NCBI GenBank assembly: GCA_010093605.1
Contig: MU004182.1
Location: 591,032 to 655,031, forward strand
Source of the DNA: Lophium mytilinum
Lineage: Eukaryota
Length of the DNA stretch: 64,000 bases
Direction of reading: 5' to 3'
Shown here: one piece after another, positions 58,598-64,000 of the stretch
Position numbering within the stretch: the first letter of the stretch is position 1
How the letters are laid out: the number at the start of each line of letters is the position of its first letter
Notes under the pieces: model-generated
What the model saw: only the letters and a program-made list of their open reading frames with translations
Database searches by the model: none
Told to the model about the DNA's origin: nothing
Made by a program: the position numbers and the translations under genes

Positions 58598-60850
58598 ATG
58601 GGCTCCATTCCTCCCAGTGAGCTGCGAGTGCCGTCTAATCCGGGGGAGCGGGCCATCAATGACTATCGCCCGATCAAGGCCATATGCATTGGTGCTGGTA
58701 TGAGTGGTATAACTGCAGGCTGCATGCTTCCACAGAAAATCCCTAATTTAGAGCTCGTCATATACGAGAAGAACGACGATGTCGGCGGGGGGTGGTACGA
58801 GAACCAGTGAGTCGAAAGCCAAAAATGGTCATGGCTATTCTTGACTGACCAGACACTCAGTTATCCTGGAGTACAGCCTGGTAAGAGCGACATCGTCCCA
58901 CACGCGTTCAGTTCGCGTATCGAGCATTGACTGATGCGAGCAAGATTTGACGCCGCATACGTACCAATACACATTTGCCAGCAATCCTCGCTGGAGCCGG
59001 TTCTACCCTCCTGGACGCGAATTCGAGCATTATCTGAAGGTGGTAGCGAAGAGATTTGGGGTTTATGATCGGACCAAGTTCCGCCACAAGTTTTTGACCG
59101 CGAGATGGATCGAGGATGATGGGCAATGGGAGGTGGAGGTTCTTCGTCTCGACGACAACGTCGTGAGTCAAATCAATCTCCAGTCTCAACGCTTGTCCAA
59201 AGCAGCAGACTGATGTTTCTTTCTCCATCTAGGTGGTCAGAGACCGGGCAGAGGTTCTCATCAGGTGTATGGGTCTGGTGAATGACTGGAGATTTCCCGA
59301 CATCCCAGGGCGACAAGATTACCAGGGCAAAATGATACACACGGCTAGATGGGATGACTCGTATGATGTCACTGGAAAGCGGGTGGCAGTCATCGGCTAT
59401 GGTGCCACTGGGGTTCAGATCATGCCGGCAATCCAGCCCTTAGTCAAGTCTGTCGACCACTACGTACGCGGTCCATTCTGGATAGCGCCGGCCGGCGGAA
59501 CGGCGATGGAGGAAATTCTCGAACGTGGAGAGCGGTTGAACTGTAAGTGTTTCCGCCCCCCTTATGGTCGTCGCGCAGCCTTCGATTGACCAAATGTGAA
59601 AAGTCGATCATCCGGCCGAGGAAATCGAGAAATTCTCCGAAAAGCCACTCACGTACTTGACCTATCGCAAAAAGATCGAACATCTGTGTAACGGGTATCA
59701 AGCCGGGTTGATGAGGGACACTGAGGCTCATGCGCAGCTCCACGCCATAATTGAGGCCAACATGAAAGCGACGTTGGCGCCAAAAGAGGGCTATTTTGAA
59801 CTCCTAAAACCTGAATACGAGGTCGGTTGTCGCCGGTTGGTCATGGGTCAGCGTTGGATGGAAGCGCTCGTTCAACCCAACGCCACTCTCTTCAAATGCG
59901 ATATTGCTCGCTTCACCAAGGAGGGAATCGAGCACCCGGATGGAACCATTCGAGAATATGATGCCATCATATGTGCGACCGGCTTTGACACGTAAGCAAA
60001 ACCACCAAAGACTAGCAAGCACGCTTTTCATTACGTTCATGAGCACGGCTGACAAGGATTTGCAAAGTAAACTCGACAACGCGAATACTCCGATTCTTGG
60101 ACAAGGTGGCATCACACTCGCCGAACAATGGGATCCCGAACCCGTCGCGTATCTCTCTGTTGCGGTGCCAAAGTTCCCCAACATGTTCCAGCTATTCGGC
60201 CCCAATTCGGCCCCAGTGGCTGGCTCAATCTGCCATACAATGGAGGGCGCTTGTGGCTTTGTTATTAAATCAATTTTGAAGCTCCAGCAAGAATATCTCA
60301 AGTCCATTGTCGTCAGGTTAGTTGGCCGTAGTTGTTTTCTGCATTCCTTTCTCTTTCCGCCGCCTTCTCTACTACTACCTTGTGGAACTGTTTCTAACGA
60401 GAGTGCGATTGTAGCCCAAGAGCGGCGCAAGACTGGATGAACCAGGTCGACTACTGGACCAGTAAAACTGTCATTTCAGGGACGGTGAGTAACGCAATGC
60501 GAAGCGTATTTCATTATCTGTCTAGTATGTGGAATGATGCCTGCTTCTAACACAAAGGATTTTGCCAGTGTCGTACATGGTTCAAGCGGAACATCGAGAA
60601 AGGTCGATCCATTATCAACTGGCCAGGCTCGGCCATGCATGCCTACCGTGCATGGAGCAACCCTCGATGGGAAGATTTTGAATACGAGTCGTGGCTGCCA
60701 GAAGGCCAATCACTGCGTTGGATGGGGAACGGCATGACCTACTCTGAACAGCATGGAACTGATACCACCGATTACATGTCATTCACCGATGAAGCGACTG
60801 TTCTTACGGAAGAAGACTTCAAGGCTGTTGAGGACAAACTCACCAAGTGA
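58598..60850 (+). CDS. Flavin-binding monooxygenase/BVMO (StcW-like), multi-exon
   Basis: IGAGMSG, GGGWYEN-YPG, fingerprint YQGKMIHTARWD, IGYGATG, GCRRL, ATGFD, FPNMF..GPN and PRWEDFEY. Many short introns. Confidence 0.88.
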
Positions 60851-61350
60851 GTGAGTGCAGAGAGAAGGACTGGTTTTCGGAACTAACTGGCATTCTGCTA
60901 CGAGTGATCGGTCGCGATAACTCACGGTATCGATGGAGGAGATCACATCTGAGAACATAGATAGAGGGGTTTATCGGATGATTCATACTGCTAGAATTTC
61001 TTCTTTGGGGGTTGCCCCTTGTTGGGTACTATGTGTCATTTTAACAGTTCACTCTTCTATTAGTTTGATTTCAAATGAGCATGACTGGTCAAGTCGGCAC
61101 GACATAGCGTTGTGCCAAGATTCTCTCTCATAGCAAATAAGAGTGACACTGTGATATGAAAGAAGTCGTCTATATCGGCGGTTTCCTTACATATGACCCT
61201 AGACTTATTCTTCGAGAATTAAGACCGGCGTCCATACATATACGCTATGTCTCTGAATTCGAACCTCGGTCTTCAATTGGGAAAGACACAGGGATTCTTC
61301 CATAGCTTTGAAGTAGAGGAGTGTCATTCATGTTGCGCAATATGTCATTC

Positions 61351-61995
61351 TTACTCTTCCTGCAGCAACTTCATGAGTGGGCCAGAGTCCTAGACATTGT
61401 TGAGATTGCTTAGCTACCCGGCCAATTTTGCAAAGGAGAAGATAAGGAAGAATGGAGTGCTGAACATACCCCCCAGACTTGGAAATGTTTCATCTTGAGG
61501 TTGGACGATTTGATATCCTCAAATATGATTCGACTGAGAAAATTCCCTTCCAGGTGTTTGCCGTTGACAAGGCCCATTTTGGCGAGGCCAATGTTCAAAA
61601 GATCAGAAGCATCCTCAGTACAGGTATACACCTTGAGAATCTTATGCTGTCTCTCTGAAACAACTTTCCAGGCCGCGATGCGCGAGACCTTGATTTCTGT
61701 GAGCCATACAAATTTAGCACTGCTGCATAAACATCAACGTTCTTTGGAAGAAGAGACTGAGACCCAAAAGGTAATGTGAAAAATAAATCTGCACACCTTC
61801 CGATCCCACATATGTTCCTCCTGATAGTATAAAGGTTGCCGTGGGTGTGAAGAAGTCAGCTGCCAGCTTGGCCCCAGCATCGGGGGTATTGTTATCCATG
61901 ACCACGAAGAAATCATCGAGGAACTTCTTGACAGTCGAGGGCACGGTGGTCGACGAGGGCCACTCCGTGTCTGAGGTGGCGAAATCGGTCGTCAT
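61351..61995 (-). CDS. Small NTF2/SnoaL-like protein (3 exons)
   Basis: VKKFLDDFFVVMD...FTPTATF...GSE / EIKVSR.AAW...H.ILKVY / DSGPLMKLLQEE*, joined by GT-AG introns. Fold call is by pattern only. Confidence 0.6.
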
Positions 61996-62545
61996 ACTGA
62001 CAGCAGTCACTATATAAGCAGACCAGTAGGTGCGAGACGTAGACACAAGTATACGAGAGAAAGTAACGCTATTGCAGCGAATATGAATATATCTTTGTAG
62101 CGTACCGCACGTCTAGGGTTCTACGCGGTCTATTTATCGCTAAAATGACATCAGTAGCTCCCTGGCGACGAGCTCCCAAAAAATCAGTGGTCCTCATTGA
62201 TGTTTCAGCTTCCCGCCCACCTTCCTTGGGGGGTACCGGAACGGGACTCTAATATGTCATATGAGAAAGAGGGAAGAGCAGACTGCGACAATCCGGATAA
62301 ACTTGCGTCCCGTAGATCCCAACGAGGCTGGAAAGCCTGAAGTTGCTGATCTCGGCATTCCTTCTCTGAGTTCGCGCTGTCACAGGATGGATGCCCCGGA
62401 TACGTCTCTTCGTTTGTTCATTGGGCTAGGCTCCTTCCAATCCCCTCAATCTAGATTATAATATGAAATGATCGCCCCAGGCCCAGCCCCGTCCCAACCG
62501 AAATTTTGATCCGTCTCTTTTCGCACTCCAAACAGTAACTGGACC

Positions 62546-64000
62546 ATGGCGACCCAATACAGCGATGAGTATGATGTCGTCGTTGCCGGATCTGGAATTG
62601 GTGGTCTTTCAGCCGCCATCACCGCCGCCGAGCGAGGTGCGCGTGTTCTCGTAGTAGAAAAGCTCGATAAGCTGGGAGGGGTCACCGCATTGTCGTCTGG
62701 AGTATTATGGCCAGGACCCAATTCGCTTTCAGAGAGCTTGGGCTTTGAAGACTCAGTTGAAGAAGCCCAAGCATATATGAACACGATTACGCGCGGCTTG
62801 GCCAAGGAGGACCTGAAGCTGGGATATCTCGCTAGGAGTCGTGAAGCCATTCAATACTTTACCGACAAGATTGGGGTTGAATTACAGGTCATTCGAGGCG
62901 TGCCAGACTATTATCACCCGTCTGTCCAAGGTTCCAAGGTCGAGGGGCGCTTTCTGGAAAGCAAGCCTTTTTCTGGCAAGCGCTTGGGGATGTGGACTGA
63001 CAAGGTGCTCACCTCACCATATGGACCCGCCTTCAGCTATGTCACAGGCACAGAATGGGCTGCGTCGCAGACCGGTAAGGCGAACATCGTCGAGAGCCTT
63101 CAACAGCACGTCCAGGAAGATGAACGCTGTGGGGGCGCTGGATTGTCGGCCGCCCTCGTCTACGCCGCGCTCCAGCACAACGTGGAGTTTCGGACTTCGA
63201 CCGCGCTCGCGGATTTGATTGTGGAAGATGGAAGAGTTGTAGGAGTGCTTATTGAACCAGTGGCGTCCTCGTCAGGGGGGGATGGGGTTACGAATGACAC
63301 TACGAAAGGAACTGGGAATCATGAAAAAGCACTTCGGCTGCAAGTACGGCAAGGAGTAGTTATGGCAATAGGGGGTTACGATTGGCGAAAGGATCTAGTA
63401 CAGGCATTTGACGGACTGAAGGAGTGTTCCACCATGGTGCCACCTACAATCACCGGAGACCACATCGTCATGGCATCAAAGGTCGGTGCTATTCCGATCC
63501 CGGCACGACTTCCAGGCCAAAGTCCTATATTCGTCGGGTATCGCGTTCCAGGAGAGGTCATCTTTGGGTATCCGTCATCACGTTTATTACTGGCAGGCGC
63601 TCCCCACAGCATTATCGTGAATCGAAAGGGGCTCAGATTTGCGAACGACGGCTTTTATCCCCACGTTGTCGAGCAGGTTACCCGATATGGCAGCCAGATG
63701 ACACACATGCCCAATTGGCCCGCCTGGCTGGTGTTCGACCAGAGCATGCTCGACAAGTATGGTTTGGCACCGACCTATCCTGGACAGCCACTTCCCGAAG
63801 GCCTTGCCATACAGGCCGATAGCATCAAAGAGCTTGCTGAGCGCGCTGGCATTGACTCAACCGGTCTGAGCGAAACTGTGGACCGATACAACGGCTACTG
63901 TGAAACAGCCACGGACCCTGAATTTGGCCGCGGCACGTATCCCTGGTCTGCAATTATGGTGGGCGACTATCGATTGAGGAACCCCAACATGGCAGAGCTT
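62546..64000 (+). CDS. KstD-like FAD oxidoreductase, paralogue of 43041-44693; runs off the window end
   Basis: Open frame from ATG 62546 with no stop before 64000, hence absent from the ORF track. Motifs EYDVVVAGSGIGG, GGVTALSSGVLWPG, PDYY, LTSPYG..FSYVTG, PTITGDH, GAPHSIIVN, NWPAWLVFD and DPEFGRG are all shared with the 43041 protein. Confidence 0.9.
   Translation, partial: MATQYSDEYDVVVAGSGIGGLSAAITAAERGARVLVVEKLDKLGGVTALSSGVLWPGPNSLSESLGFEDSVEEAQAYMNTITRGLAKEDLKLGYLARSREAIQYFTDKIGVELQVIRGVPDYYHPSVQGSKVEGRFLESKPFSGKRLGMWTDKVLTSPYGPAFSYVTGTEWAASQTGKANIVESLQQHVQEDERCGGAGLSAALVYAALQHNVEFRTSTALADLIVEDGRVVGVLIEPVASSSGGDGVTNDTTKGTGNHEKALRLQVRQGVVMAIGGYDWRKDLVQAFDGLKECSTMVPPTITGDHIVMASKVGAIPIPARLPGQSPIFVGYRVPGEVIFGYPSSRLLLAGAPHSIIVNRKGLRFANDGFYPHVVEQVTRYGSQMTHMPNWPAWLVFDQSMLDKYGLAPTYPGQPLPEGLAIQADSIKELAERAGIDSTGLSETVDRYNGYCETATDPEFGRGTYPWSAIMVGDYRLRNPNMAEL

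Larger units (their letters stand above)
39137..62300. promoter_or_regulatory. Dispersed cluster motif CGGATAA(W), candidate Zn2Cys6 binding site
   Basis: Exact intergenic copies on either strand at 39137, 44908, 46779, 46955, 49651, 49667, 54084, 54109, 54152 and 62294. Confidence 0.55.

Noticed and set aside
33300..64000. Starship giant transposon carrying the cluster
   Set aside because: No tyrosine-recombinase captain or recognisable termini in the window; cannot be excluded beyond 64 kb.

Overview
Genomic window from a filamentous ascomycete (Pezizomycotina: short GT-AG introns with CTRAC branch sites, RIP). It has three zones. (1) 1-~9200 is an AT-rich, RIP-destroyed Ty3/gypsy (chromovirus-type) LTR retrotransposon plus further RIP'd DNA. 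(2) ~9.7-35 kb holds ordinary genes: an SLC10/RCH1-like transporter, a cytochrome b561-domain protein, a COL-26/BglR/InuR-like Zn2Cys6 factor, an F-box protein, a D-2-hydroxyacid dehydrogenase, a flavin monooxygenase and two unknown proteins. It also has several unexplained non-coding structures: a 192-bp MITE-like hairpin, a tRNA-like relic, a four-copy ~230-bp structured repeat and a ~99-bp tandem array. (3) ~36.7 kb to the window end is a dense, apparently catabolic cluster of 13 genes with no PKS/NRPS/terpene-cyclase core in view. It encodes a P450, four 3-ketosteroid/cyclic-ketone dehydrogenase-like FAD proteins, two SDRs, an epoxide hydrolase, two Baeyer-Villiger monooxygenases, an NmrA-like reductase, an NTF2/SnoaL-like protein and an intronless homologue of bacterial 6-oxocamphor (beta-diketone) hydrolase. 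Its intergenic DNA carries 10 exact copies of CGGATAA. Best candidate for an undescribed system: a co-regulated, partly bacteria-derived fungal pathway for opening alicyclic/terpenoid ketone rings. All family calls are from motif recognition by eye; no database searches were run.
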